Source: Rhodosorus marinus CCMP1338
Taxonomy: Eukaryota; Plantae; Rhodophyta
Length of the DNA: 64,000 bases
Reading direction: 5' to 3'
Assembly (NCBI GenBank): GCA_029953675.1
Contig: JAMWBK010000001.1
Location: 3,534,001 to 3,598,000 of the forward strand
The position numbers and the translations under genes are program-made. This document shows positions 1 through 12,035 of this stretch, piece by piece. The notes beneath the pieces are model-generated. The model was given only the letters and a program-made list of their open reading frames with translations, searched no databases and was not told the origin of the DNA. The number at the start of each line of letters is the position of its first letter. Positions within the stretch are counted from its first letter, which is position 1.

Positions 1-248
1 TCTCCGCGAGAAATGAGAGAAATGAATTTTGAAAGATTTTTTGATGGGTCGTCGGTGGATGAATGGAGGAGCGAAAAACTTAATTTCTCGCCTTTCGAAA
101 TGGTTTTTGGGACTTCAGGCGGGCAAGAAGGGGATAGATCGGAGAAGGGAATAGATCGGGAATTTTGGACTGGTTACTTCAGGCTGGAAGGAGATCCTCC
201 GCTGCCAACTTTCTCCTTCCCCCCCCTCAGCCAATGTTTGGGATGTTT

Positions 249-252
<4 letters not shown>

Positions 253-300
<48 letters not shown>
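253..300. repeat. (TC)n microsatellite, ~24 units
   Basis: Uninterrupted TC run; explains the SLSLSL/ERERER ORFs in the track. Confidence 0.95.
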
Positions 301-303
<3 letters not shown>

Positions 304-712
304 TTGTATCTCTTTTTTCATAACCGAAGATATATATTGTCCCAGCCTGTCCCAGTTGATGTTGAGAAGCTCGGGACAATGCGTAAGTGATCGAGAGAGA
401 AGAGATGATCTCTCCGTCTTGTTTCTGTTCCTTTCTGTGTTAGCTTTACAGGTTGTTCACATGTAGAGATGGCTTTGGTCCCATCCTCAGGGACACAGAG
501 GATGACTAGTGTTCAAAAAGCAGTCTTTGCGGCAGATTTCAACTACCGCCTGGGGAATAATAATTTGAATATATAGACGCAGAGCAGGTCGTCGTGCCAT
601 TGCGGGCGGGTAGGGGGGGATTTGAAGGGGAGGAGGAAGTCCAGAGGGGGTTGAGGTTCAGAATTTTGTTTTTTGGTATTTGTTGGCTGAGCTGTTGTGT
701 GAGTTAGCAGTC

Positions 713-2131
713 ATGAAGGTCTTAGCGGTGTTTTCGTTGTTTCTGGTGCTGGTTGGTGTGTGTTTTGGGGACCTCGATGACTGCGTAACGGTTGTGAAGG
801 ATGGGGAGAAGCAGTACGCGTCATGTATGGAGCTCTCGGAAGGGTTTGAGCTGTACTACGAGTTCGTTGGGGACTCTATCGATGTTACGTTCTCCAATGA
901 TGCTAATGAGTACTCCGGATTTGGGTTTTCGGAGGACTTGAATATGATTGGAACGACGGTGGTGATTGCGTATGGAACGGACAACGACAATAGTTTTATT
1001 GAAGACTATTTCCTAGTGGCGAAGACGCCCGGTGGCGCTGCACCTGGGTTGGGCAGGCAGATGCTCTCGCTGATGGAGGTTACTATCGAAGACGGCAGGC
1101 TGTACGCGAGGTTTATCAGGCCTTTGAGCCCCGACGGAGAGGTCACGGTTCAGGGTGGTGACAACAATGTGATTTGGGCAATGGGGAACTTGCCCCAATC
1201 GCCTACGTCACTGACGCGCCACACATCCAGGTTCGCTCAAACCATTCAGTTGGAGCAGCAGACGGTGGCGCCCACTGCAAGTCCGACTGCAAGCCCGACT
1301 GCAAGCCCGACTGCAAGCCCGACTGCAACAACCGCCCCGACAAGCCCGCCGCCTTCTCCAACCGTGTCGGCATCCGCAAGCGAAACTGACTCTCCATCCT
1401 CGTCAGCTTCGCCAACTCAAACGGTGTCGCCATCCGTGTCGGTGTCTGAGAGCGAATCCGAATCGGAGACTGAGACAGTGTCTACCTCTCCATCTGCGAC
1501 AGCATCTGCGACCGCATCACCGACCGCAACACCGACCGCAACACCGACCGCAACACCGACCGCAACACCGACCCCAACGGCTACTCCTGTGTGCTTCCCA
1601 GGCTCGTCTACCGTGACCCTCGAGGGCGGGTCTACCATCTCGATGGAAGCGCTGCGAGCTGGAGATCGTGTACTGGTATCTGGATCACAGTACAGTGACG
1701 TCTTTGCCTTCACGCACCGGATGAAGGACGTCCAGTCTACGTTCGTGAAGATCTCGACGGCAGATACATCGATCGAGCTCAGCGAAAACCACTACCTCTC
1801 CATCAAGGGTCAGCTTCGAGCAGCCGGAGCTGTCCATGTAGGAGACGTGATCGAGCTCGCGGACGGAGAATTGGCCAAGGTTTTGTCAGCGAAACTCGTG
1901 GAGAGGAAGGGCCTGTACAACCCTCAAACGCTCGAGGGTACCATCGTGGTCGACGGCGTTGTGGCCTCCACTTTCACCCAAGTGGTCCACCCAGTTCTCG
2001 CCAATGTTCTCCTGGCCGTTCCGAGGGTCCTGTACCGCCTGGGAATCAGCGAACCTCTGAGCTCGCTGTTCTACCGCACCGTGCCTTCTTTAGTCAAGCG
2101 CCTGGTCCCTAGCGGACCTCCAGTTCTGTAG
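713..2131 (+). CDS. Secreted DOMON domain + Pro/Thr/Ser-rich linker + Hedgehog-type (Hog) Hint domain protein, intronless
   Basis: ATG at 713 gives signal peptide MKVLAVFSLFLVLVGVCFG. DOMON motifs (GFGFS..MIG, RFIRPL, VIWAMG, RH). (PTAS)n/(PTAT)n repeats. Hint begins CFPG at 1592, with L..GDRVL, LSENHY and GLYNPQTLEGTIVVDGVVASTF, followed by a hydrophobic SRR-like tail. Confidence 0.88.
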   Translation: MKVLAVFSLFLVLVGVCFGDLDDCVTVVKDGEKQYASCMELSEGFELYYEFVGDSIDVTFSNDANEYSGFGFSEDLNMIGTTVVIAYGTDNDNSFIEDYFLVAKTPGGAAPGLGRQMLSLMEVTIEDGRLYARFIRPLSPDGEVTVQGGDNNVIWAMGNLPQSPTSLTRHTSRFAQTIQLEQQTVAPTASPTASPTASPTASPTATTAPTSPPPSPTVSASASETDSPSSSASPTQTVSPSVSVSESESESETETVSTSPSATASATASPTATPTATPTATPTATPTPTATPVCFPGSSTVTLEGGSTISMEALRAGDRVLVSGSQYSDVFAFTHRMKDVQSTFVKISTADTSIELSENHYLSIKGQLRAAGAVHVGDVIELADGELAKVLSAKLVERKGLYNPQTLEGTIVVDGVVASTFTQVVHPVLANVLLAVPRVLYRLGISEPLSSLFYRTVPSLVKRLVPSGPPVL

Positions 2132-2645
2132 ATTTGAGGGACAAAGACTCTTGAGCCGGAGTGTACTTGGGCAGGATGATTTGCTAGCCAGTTTTGTTTA
2201 TGATTTGTATTCACTGTTGCCTTGAGCTCCATGAGATAAAGCCAAAACAGAAAAAAGGGCCGAGGACGACGTCCTGCTCTGTCTCATCTTTGAAGTCTTG
2301 TTTTAGTGATCAGCTTCCATCCATGTCATGACTATTTTCAACGCTCCTTCACGGCCGCTCCCATCTCTGCAGGACAAGCGCACAAAAGCTTCGCCCGTGG
2401 AAGGCACGGCTCGTGCGTCGCCGTGGGTCGATCCAGTCAAGAAGCAGTGCGAACACAGACGGACAAACCGACTCGCGAGCGTTGACTTGCCGTTTGATTT
2501 TCACCTGATTCGATAGAGTTGCCTCCGTTCCATCTTCGGTTTCAGTTGTGGCAAACAGCGATCCCGCCTCACCCTCCCGACGTATGTTAGGAAGCCAGTC
2601 GAGAGTTAGATTTCTACTGCTAATTACTTTCACCCTGTAGGCCTT

Positions 2646-4547
2646 TCAGTCCTGCGGGGGATTCTTGCCCATTCCCTGACCCATTGCAATCGTTCCCAAG
2701 AGAAAATCACGGAGTTCGTTGCGCATCTGGTCCTCGCTTGTGCTGAGATCCGTCGTATATGCACCTCCAGTTCCCTGCTTCATGAGCTCATTTCGATACT
2801 CCGAGCTCTGCGTAGTCGTGGGTCGAATGTTTCGAACCGCCTCAAGCATGTCTTCCGTCGTTAATGGTCGGAGCGATGCGCTCCTTGCCGAGTCTAGTGA
2901 GCGTCGTCGAGGCAGGTTTTGGGTCAGCTCGCGTCGCTCCTTGACTAGAGAACAAAAAAATAGTTTCTCTCTCTCAAAGTGGAACTTACCAGCTATACTT
3001 TTAGACTCTTGCTGAAGCTTCTCTTTCATCGGAATCATCAAAGCACATCGACAAAGCTCTTTGAGGTCGCTGCCCGAGTAACCAGGGGCCTGCTTTGCGA
3101 CACTGAGTAAGTCCATGGATCGATCGAGCTGTGTGCTCCTGAGAATTGTCTGCAGAATCTTCACCCGCTGAGAGACGTTGGGCAAGTCCACCTTTATGGA
3201 TCTTGGTCAAACAAAAACAAAGAGGAGGCTTTTTCAGAACACTAGATGGGGCCCCGGCAGACCCTGCGATAGCCGTGTTCCTACCTCGGCAGTCGGCGCT
3301 GGATGGCGGGATCGACATCCCATGGTCTATTAGTGCATCCAACGACGATAATTCGACAATCATTTGTAGTGAACAGACCATCCCAGAGTTGCATGAACTC
3401 GGCCTTCATGTCGCGATAGACCTCGTGGTCGCCCGCTGAGCGCTCCCGGAATAGCGCGTCGATCTCGTCTGGTGGCAAGAGCGTGCACGACCGTGGGGTA
3501 GACAATGGGGACAAGCTAGTAGTGAGCGACTCTGAACAAGCCTTTGCTTCTTCAGTCCGAGTGCACAGTCACGTACCTAGAAAGATGAGACAGGGCTCAA
3601 TGCGTGCCGCTAGCGAGAAAATCGCCCGAGTGAGGTGCTGGGTGTCTCCAACCCATTTGCTCAGAAGCGAGGATGGGCTGACGCACATAAAGCTTACGCT
3701 GCCCTGCTTCGCAAGGGCTTTGGCGAGGCTAGTTTTTCCCGTTCCAGGCGGTCCTGCGGGGATGACGTACCAAGCTGTCGTTAGCCAATGGTGGTGTGAA
3801 ACAAAAAAAACCCTCATTTGACCGAGGGTCGGCACGAGCTGCGATTGAGGCGACCTCGCGTACCGTACAGGAGGATGCCACGAGGTGGTGTGAGAAGGGC
3901 GTTCCCCCTGAACAGATCGGGTCTGGTGAGGGGTATCAAAATATCGTCGTATAGAACCTGCTTTTCATTTTCAAGGCCACCGATAGTATGCATACCCCCC
4001 TCAATGTCCTCTGGGAACACCAGCTCCTGAGCTATCGCAACTTCCCATTGAGTGAGCCCTTGCAGTTTTTCCGGAGAGATCCCAGCTTTGATCAACCTGG
4101 CCGAGAGACATTTTTTTTCTTCCATTCCTCAGTTTCATCGACAGAGACTGGGGAAACAACAGTGAGCAATACACAAACCTGTCCACAATCGCCTTCTGAG
4201 CAGCCTTCGCATTCTGGGTATCCTCAATCATCGGAGCAATGGTCTCCTTCACCCAACGTGTGGTCATCCAAAGCACAAACAGCGTCACCCCACCCGCTAT
4301 CGCCTCGTTCACAAGCACAGTCCATGCCGAGACCTTCTCACCCCCACCACTATGCATCGCTCCTCCTCCAGTACAAAAAAATATATATATACTCCAAACT
4401 CCCACAAAATACCCCCCCCCCCCAAAAAATAGCTAGCAGAACCCCCAAAAATGAAAGTACTCAAAACCACCCAACCTGCCACCCCACCCGTCACACACCC
4501 TCCCCGCCACCTCCCCACCAGCTTCTCATGCCTCCCACCGCCATCAT
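2646..4547 (-). CDS. MSP1: MSP1/ATAD1-type membrane-anchored AAA+ ATPase, multi-exon
   Basis: Exons joined across ORFs: N-terminal TM segment, IGGLENEK, GILLYG|PPGTGKT (Walker A), IFL|DEID (Walker B), MKAEFMQLWDG, TNRPWDVDPAIQRR (SRH), GYSGSDLKELCR. GT-AG introns are visible between the blocks. Confidence 0.9.
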
Positions 4548-4579
4548 AGAAGGCGGCCTATATTACCTTCACAACTGGA

Positions 4580-4720
4580 CTGAAATTCCTTTTTAATTGT
4601 CATATATACATTCAATCTATTTTAAAATTGACTGAATAAATATCCTCTTGGCGGGATATTTATGACGCTATTTAAATAAATAGATTGAATATATGTATGA
4701 CAATTAAAAAGGAATTTCAG
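4580..4720. mobile_element. MITE-like palindromic element with ~43-bp terminal inverted repeats
   Basis: 4580-4622 (CTGAAATTCCTTTTTAATTGTCATATATACATTCAATCTATTT) is the reverse complement of 4678-4720 with 2 mismatches. There is also an internal hairpin ATAAATATCC..GGGATATTTAT. Confidence 0.6.
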
Positions 4721-4826
4721 ACTGGGCCAACCAACCACGACCTCCTGCCAACACCCAGCGGAATGGGATGGTGGATGGCCAAATTGGCACTCTTTTTGGT
4801 GGGGGGCGGGAGCACCAGTTTTACTG

Positions 4827-4919
4827 TCACTTACATATTCAATCTATTAACCACCAAAAGTACCTATTATGATCTTTTGTTCCCCTTGTATATGTTAAAT
4901 AGATTGAATTCTTAAGTGA
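4827..4919. mobile_element. Second MITE-like element sharing the ATTCAATCTATT inverted motif
   Basis: TCACTTACATATTCAATCTATT vs reverse complement of AATAGATTGAATTCTTAAGTGA match at 19/22. Confidence 0.45.
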
Positions 4920-5646
4920 TCATTAAACTTATTTTTGCAAGGCCGCCAAAGCTCGTGAGATGGATCCTGCGCGTCATCTATCTGGAGTAGTGATGGGTAA
5001 CAATCCGGGTTGTTGGGCGTTTTGGACAGCTGTCCCTTAGGTGTGTTGGGGTTGTGGGTGGAGAGAGGGGATGAGCTGTTTGGAGGGTAGAGATGGTGTT
5101 CCCATCGATTTAGACTCAGTGTTGTTCGGTCTGAAGGGACATGTTGGTTTCGAACATGGTCCACAAGAAAAGTACCATTTGCGGTATGTAGAGAGAGTTG
5201 GATTTGGGTCCTGGTGGAGCGCCTAGAAGCAACGGCGATGCCATTGCCGCTGACCGCCGCTGATGTAGCATGATAGATCCCAGATGGAGTCCTGGAACGC
5301 ACCCAATCCCATCGTCCAGAGCCCAAGGCGGGAACTCTTCAACATCTACGGGAGGCTTTCGAAAAGGGGGGGGGATGGGGGAAGGATGGGGTTGGTGGAC
5401 GGCATGCATCGGGACCCATCCTCCTTGGTTTTTAGTTAAGCCACAAAAGGAACCTACGTAAAAGAACATGCAGCATGGAACAGAGTGAGCTTGGGTGTCA
5501 CCAGCCCCACGCCTTCTGTATAGGGTTCCTCAGGGTTGCTTGCTCTCGGCTTTGTTAAGAGTTGTCAGCAAATGAGGAAAAGGGGGGAAGGGGTGCTCAC
5601 AGAGGCTTGTCTTGTATTTTATGAACAGGTATGGCAAGGAATGTGG

Positions 5647-7118
5647 TTAGAGTGCGTGCTTGCAGACTGGGCAGCAACCGCTTCTTTCGAGCCAGGGGTC
5701 GATGCATCGCGCGTGGAAGCTGTGGAGGCACGGCAGGTGTTTGATTTGGTCGCTCCGCTTGAAGTTTTCGATGCAGATAACGCAGTGGTTGTTTTCCCGG
5801 TTAGATGAAGACCCCGCGGTACTGGTAGGTAGGCTCGTGATAGTCTGACAAAAATCACACAGAATTCAGCAGACTAGAAGAACAGTACGGTCGTTGTCAT
5901 TCCCGTTCACACGTGGTCTTGCTTACCTCAGATGCCGCTGGACGAGTCTCTCGTTCCGTGACTGCGTCTACCGCCTCTTCCAAGTTCATTTCGCGGAAAT
6001 CAATTCCCACGTTGGAATATCCTCGTGCATTCATGGCATTCATTTGCTGTCCAGAGGCAGACGCAAGGGAGCCTAGACCTGCACCGGTCACCGCTCCAAG
6101 GCCAGCTCCTGCTAGCAGACCAGATGTCGATCTACTGCCTCCCATTGACGCCAGCGTTGCACCCATTGCCGCACCTGTCGCGGCTTGAATTGTTAGTCAA
6201 GATGATCCTCCAGGTGCCGTGCTGCAGCAAATGTTTTCCTTACCAACAAGAGATCCGGCAACGCCTCCAAATATTTGAGCTGCTGCCATGTCGATTTCAC
6301 TGCTGGTCATCCGCATCGGCTGACCTGATCCGGCTGTAAGCTGCGCACCGCAAACGCCGCACGGCCCAAAATCTAGAACGCGGTTGGAGAGAAGGGAGGA
6401 AACTACAAGTTTTAGCAACGCGCGGAGTGCGAGCGATCCAAAAAAGGGATGGAAGTGTCTCAGAGTTTTTACCTCTCAAGTTCACAAATTCACAGTTGCT
6501 ACAGATAGTAGCAAAAGGCCGGTCATCGTACTCGTCAGAGTCAACGGCTGCTGTAGGAATTTGTTGGGTTGGACGCTGGCAGACTTCGCATCGATGCCTG
6601 TCCAGGCTGTTCAAATAGGTACAACTTGGGCAAATCCAGCCCTCCGGAGTTCCCCGTGGAGCCGGCTGCCGCTCTGCTCCGGGAGATCCTTCCTCAGGGT
6701 CAGACTGAGACCCGGAGCACATTTCACAGGCGTAGTTTTCATGACTATTCACAAAAGTGCACTCAGAACACTGCCAGCCCTCGTCGCTCGTCTGTCCAGG
6801 CTCCAGAAGGCCAGCATCACACATATCACACTTCTCCGCTCCAGCGTGGTTGGCAAATGTGCACCTAACAAGTCAATAAACACAAAACAAAGTAATTCAC
6901 CAGAATCCTTAAGCAACAAAACGACAAAAGGCCAAAAAAAAGCGATTACCGTACCTCCCACATTCAACTTCATCTGGTTCACGCTCAACCCCACCCCTAC
7001 CACCAGACCCACCTCCACCGCAGTGTAGTCTGTGAAGAATCAAATTTCCCATAGGAACATCCAACCCACAACCAGAACACCTCCCATTCACAATCCCATC
7101 CCGTTCAGTCTCCTCCAT
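5647..7118 (-). CDS. Putative E3 ubiquitin ligase: C2HC zinc finger + 3 RanBP2/NZF fingers + Gly-zipper + C-terminal RING-H2, multi-exon
   Basis: CSGCGLDVPMGNLILHRLHC; WQCSECTFVN..CEMC; WICPSCTYLN..CEVC; a third finger split by an intron. My translation of the last exon gives CVICIENFKRSDQIKHLPCLHSFHARCIDPWLERSGCCPVCKHAL* (RING-H2). Confidence 0.82.
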
Positions 7119-8415
7119 CCCCTCAAGAATACGACTTTCAACATACGCGCAAAGCCATTAAACAACCACTCCCCCCAAAAACTCCCTCAGAAAAGTATCA
7201 AAAACTCCTGTCGTATCAACAAGAAACGATTTTCACCAAAATCATCATACAAAAAACGTCCGCTTAGTCCCTCCACCTCCTTCCCTCTCTGCCCACCCGC
7301 CCCAAAACCGTTCTTACCTCACTCTGCTTATTGCCATCTCAACATGAAACTGTTTAAAACCCCATTTAACTGTCACCTCATTCAATCTTTTTAAATTAAA
7401 GGCGAGGGGAGTCTTAATATAGGACATGCGAGCTTAGTACTGGTGCGCCCGAGTGGCGGACCTAGTGGTAACTGATCTGAGTGCTCGTTGCAGTGAGTAC
7501 GTCGAGCTATCTATCCATCTCGTCCGCAGGCGAACAGATACTTGTCGGCGCCGAGGCCCTGTAGCTCGGTCAAATGCGGCAAAATTGAAAGAACAGAATC
7601 CCGGTACGCTTGGCGGCGATGTTGGACTTTACGCTTCGCGATTCGGCATTGTCATACCGGTTTGGTCCCCGCCATCATCGGGTAATTTGGCTGAGTTGAT
7701 AGTGTAGGTTCCCGTTGGCTTCGTGCGCTCTTTCGTAGCGACCTAGGGCATCGTGAGAGCCTCCTCACGGTAGCTCGCTTTTGACCCCCCCGGGCGTTCC
7801 GACGCTGGTTTGTTGTTGGACGCGGGTCATCAGCATCTTATTTCTCCCTTCTCAGGGCACTTAGGCTCTGAATAAACGGAGGGAGAATGCTTAGCAGTGT
7901 GACCGATGAGACAGTTTGATAGACAGATAGGTTGGATCGGAGAGTAAAGGTTCCCACCCTCCCCCCATCCCCCTTGAATGAGTTATGCTAGGAAGGAGCG
8001 CACAGAGCTCGCCTGCAGAGCTAAGGCCCGGAGATTCGTACTGGAAGGAGATAGTGCAGGTATCTCGTATGGCCTTGTTGGAGCTCTTCATAAGCGTGCC
8101 GCATCTTGGCAGCTTGCCCTAGGAAAATGCTCTTTGATTCCCTGGCGTTCTGACGGTGATTTAGTGTTGGAGGCGCGTGGGTTAGCTTCTTCGTTTACTC
8201 CTCTGAGGATTCATCCCTAGGGCGGTTGCCACAGGTGCCCATCTCTTACTTCAGCTTCCCCAGCGCTCAATTCAGCACCAACTTTTGCACTGAAAAAAAT
8301 ACTAAATATAGCGCAAAGGCGCCAAATGAACTTCCATAATGATTGACTTCTCAGTAAAAATTCAATAATTTTCATACAAACCGACTGAATTATTCTTGAC
8401 AAGTCCTCAGGTACT

Positions 8416-8538
8416 CCTTTTCTGTCACTATAGAATTCAGTCTATTAAATACAATGACTGAATAATCATCATTTGTTGTAATATTACGCCAGATATTTGA
8501 TTTATTAAGACTGAATGTCATGATGACAATTAAAAAGG
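8416..8538. mobile_element. Diverged copy of the 4580-4720 MITE-like element
   Basis: Shares the terminal ATGACAATTAAAAAGG and the inverted ATTCAGTCTATT / AGACTGAAT pair at the same ~57-nt spacing. Confidence 0.45.
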
Positions 8539-8899
8539 CTCAGCCCCCTGGACGCGGAAGGCGTCACCAGTTGGAACAGCACAGGACTTAGAAATTTGTG
8601 TTTTTTAAGAATAGGGTTTACCTGCTTATCAACCAACAGTAAATTCGGACTTGTACTGTTGGTGTACTAATGACAAAGGGCGGGAGTTTTGTCAAGGGGG
8701 CGCTGAGCACTATCCGCAAAAGAAGTTCTCGCGGAGTGGAGAGAACCCACCTCCTTCTTTCTCTTAGGTGCGAGAAGCAATCCCAAACCTTCGGTTTCCT
8801 GAGTGGGCGGCTGACGCCAAGAGATGTGTAGGGAAATCAACCGCAAACTCCAAACTTGGCGGGACTGGCTCACGGTTCTCTCTTCCTTCGGTTACAGCA

Positions 8900-9320
8900 G
8901 ATGAGTTTGTTGCTCGCTTTCATCGCCCTCCTCGGCATAAAGTTCAATTTCTCCTTTCAATTGGGATTTTATTACTTCCCTTCCCAGCTCAGCGTCTCCT
9001 CCGACATATTTTTTAAAGCAGTGGTCTGACCGTTTTGTCCCCACTCCCTCAAAGTGTTCTGGACATGTACGTTGTTCCGGCAATGGAAGACAGCTCGGTA
9101 TACCTGGCCATTGAAAGACATGATACAGCGACTCTTCAACCCTTACCGTTCCGTGATGCAGGCGGGAAAACGTTTGCGTCTTGTTCGTCCCTGATCGGTT
9201 GGTGTAGGTCTTCTAGAAGCGCTCCCATATTATCTTAGGATTTTCTGCGGCGATCATGAGCTGCTGCGTGTCTCCCACCAGACTCAACCGTTCCTTGTCT
9301 ACTTTAACATCACCAATAGC
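8900..9320 (-). pseudogene. Degenerate Ty1/copia gag remnant
   Basis: Minus-strand translation LSLVGDTQQLMIAAENPKIIWERF*KTYTNRSGTNKTQTFSRL resembles the copia gag (Retrotran_gag_2) pattern and carries an in-frame stop. Confidence 0.45.
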
Positions 9321-10286
9321 TGAACACCAGTTTCGTCAAGCGGCATGCGTCTAGGCGGGACTTTATATTTATGCCACACTTCCACTAACCCTCGTTTGAG
9401 CCTTCAAGGATTTGTGAAATTTCCTCAGCTGGAGTCATTCGAGGTTTAGTGGAAGCGGGCCTCGCCGGCTTATCCTGGCCGACAGAGTCAGGGTACACTC
9501 ACTCCTCCGGGCTGCGACAAACAGTCAGGAAATTTTTTTTGCTAGCGATCCGCCGTCTATTTGCGGCAGTTGAGAGACTGATCTCTCAGTGCGAAACGGC
9601 GCTTTGAGCTGTGAAAGAGGACGGATGTTTCGAGTGTTGGTGTGAGTAGTGAAGCATGGAGGGAGATGCTTGGGATCGTTTGATCCTGCAGTTATAGGAT
9701 TGGATCTGCTTCGATGTATGAATTCATGCATAGCTCAGCTATACGCCAAGCCTGTCCTGCCCCCGGAACATTCCAAACCCAATCCAACTCAACTCCATCA
9801 CACCAGCCAAAACCGTCCAAAACCACATGATAGTAAAAATTATCTGAAATAAAATAAATTCCGCCACTCTACAACCAATTAAAAAGAACTTACACTCATC
9901 CGAACAATCGTACCATTAAAAACTCATAACCAAAACAAAAACAATATATCCGTTAAAATGATAAATATTCAAGCCACCGTTTTTAAATAAGAAATATAAT
10001 ATGTAATAGTTATATTAAAATAATTATATGAAGACTTTAGACAAATGTGGCATATTTATTTGGAAATTTAGTGTGTGATATCGAAAATTTGTAAATTTTA
10101 TGAAAAGGATCGGGCGTGGTTTTTCTTTTTTAGTTGTACGTCGATAGATTTGATGGGTGACAGTGGGATGAGGAGGGAGACCGGGAAGTGGGGGTTAGGT
10201 GTTCGTCACTTGGAACTGGTGAGAGGGAGGCCTTTTTTTTTTTTTTTTTCTTGTGTGTGTGTTTTTTTGTTAGAATTGATATCTGA

Positions 10287-11090
10287 ATGAGTGGTTACGA
10301 AGGCTATCCGCCACCGCCGCCCCCGGCTGGCGCGGGAGGAGCTCCGGGTCCGGGTGAGTTGAGATTCTCGGGCAGTTGTGTGTGCGTGTTTTGGTCTCTA
10401 ATTGAGGATTCTGTGGTCTTATATGTCTTTTATTTGGTTTTTTGGTTCTTTTGTGTTTGTTATAGCGTATCCGAGCGTCGGTGAGGGTCAAGTGCAGATA
10501 GGCGGACCGCCGCCGCCATCATCACAGCAGCAGTATGCACCACCACCGCAGCAGTATGCATCACCGCCGCAGCAGTATCCGCCACAATATGGCGGTTCGG
10601 GTTACTACGAACCTTCGGCTCCACCGCCACCTGCTCCTTCAGCGCCACCGCCGCCAGCACCGGCACCTGCACCTGAAGCTGCACCGGCACCGGCACCGGC
10701 ACCTGCCGCAGCACCGCCACCAAGCAAGTCAACGCAAGCTCAAAAGGCGAGCACCCGACCAGTACAGCTGGAAGGCCTTGGGAAGAAGCCAACTGTTGTA
10801 AAGTGTCCTCACTGTGGAAAACAGGAGAAGACGAAAGTAGATTATGGACAGTGTAAGCGACTTCCCACATGAATTTGTTTCTCCAAATCCGCTTTCTGTC
10901 TTGTCTGAACCTTCTGCGTCCTAAATCTCTGTTGACAGGCACCAAACGTAACTGCTGCATGTGGGGAATCTCCTGGATTTTCGTTAGTTTCTGGATCGGA
11001 ATATGCCTCTTCACCGACTGCTGCTGCAACTGCGGCTCCGACGCCACGCACAATTGCCAGGATTGCGGAATGACCATCGGTACGGGCTGA
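10287..11090 (+). CDS. LITAF-domain protein 1 (Pro-rich N-terminus), 3 exons
   Basis: CPHC..., hydrophobic segment, CCCNCGSDATHNCQDCG. Introns follow the short first exon and the KVDYG segment. Confidence 0.85.
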
Positions 11091-11593
11091 ACAACAACTA
11101 CATCCAAGCGCGTTTCTGCCAGGCGGGGACTCTGAGGCGAGCAACAGAAAGCGAAATCAGCAGGATCGATGGAAGACTAGAAACCACCTTGTTTCAGCTG
11201 GAGCTCGAGCGTGTTGAGATAGCTTTTCAAAAGTTTGCGCGGTTTTTGTGCGTTTTGTGTGGTCGTTTAAAAGAAAAGACTTTTTTTTTTTTTTCGGTCT
11301 CAGTAGGCGTGTTAAGCTCATGCAGAGCTGATATCAGACCACAGCTCGGGCAACGCTCGTTCCCAGAGCAAACCCGAGGTCGATCTGGTGGGGGTGATGC
11401 ACCGCCCATCATTCCGGAAAACCCTGATGATACCATATCGAGGTTGGAGGCCCGAAAGGGAGGGGGAAACCTGGAAGTTTGTGTAGACAGAGGAATAGAT
11501 CATTTCCAAGAGTATCCAGAACTACAAAATCCATTACCCGTACTCACTAAAGAGCCTCCCTCGACCCGTATCACCAGCAGCGGCCGACTCCGA

Positions 11594-11646
11594 GGTTACG
11601 TTAGTCTGGGGTTACGTTAGTCTGGGGTTACGTTAGTCTGGGGTTA
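11594..11646 (+). repeat. 16-bp tandem repeat (GGTTACGTTAGTCTGG) x3 plus a partial copy
   Basis: Read directly from the sequence. Confidence 0.9.
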
Positions 11647-12035
11647 CCAACCCAATTCATACAAATTTAATATTTCAGATGTTTTTTACCGGTATAAAAT
11701 CAAAAACGCGTTATTCTAGAGCTCAATCCGCTTTATCCATAAGTGTCATCGAATTAGATCAATCTATTAAGATCCGTCCTCAATTAATATTTAGTAAATT
11801 TATTATTTTCTCAGTCAATATACCCAATTGGTTGAATTTGGGATGGGACAGCTAAAAATAGAGTTTGTATTGTGGACTCCCTTGCCTGGTTTGTAGGTTT
11901 TTGAGTTAAACGGGCTGTAGAGGATGGCAAGGTAGGGTTTTCGGAGGGGAGAGGGGAACGCTGAAAGGTTCTTTCGGAATTGGGAAAACTGGTTTTAAGT
12001 CCTTTGGAGGTTTAGAATATTGCTACAGAGAAGCT

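Noticed and set aside
13-390. 125-aa and 68-aa ORFs at the window start
   Set aside because: Kept open by the (TC)n microsatellite.
4895-5469. Overlapping minus-strand ORFs as a separate gene
   Set aside because: Splice-like signals exist, but no consistent model or recognisable family; may be the 3' UTR of the RING gene.
7441-7460. TGGTGCGCCCGAGTGG as an LTR primer-binding site
   Set aside because: Not preceded by an LTR-terminal CA and no downstream gag recognised.
7553-7620. GGCCCTGTAGCTCGGTC tRNA/SINE-like start
   Set aside because: No B-box (GTTCRA) and no cloverleaf.
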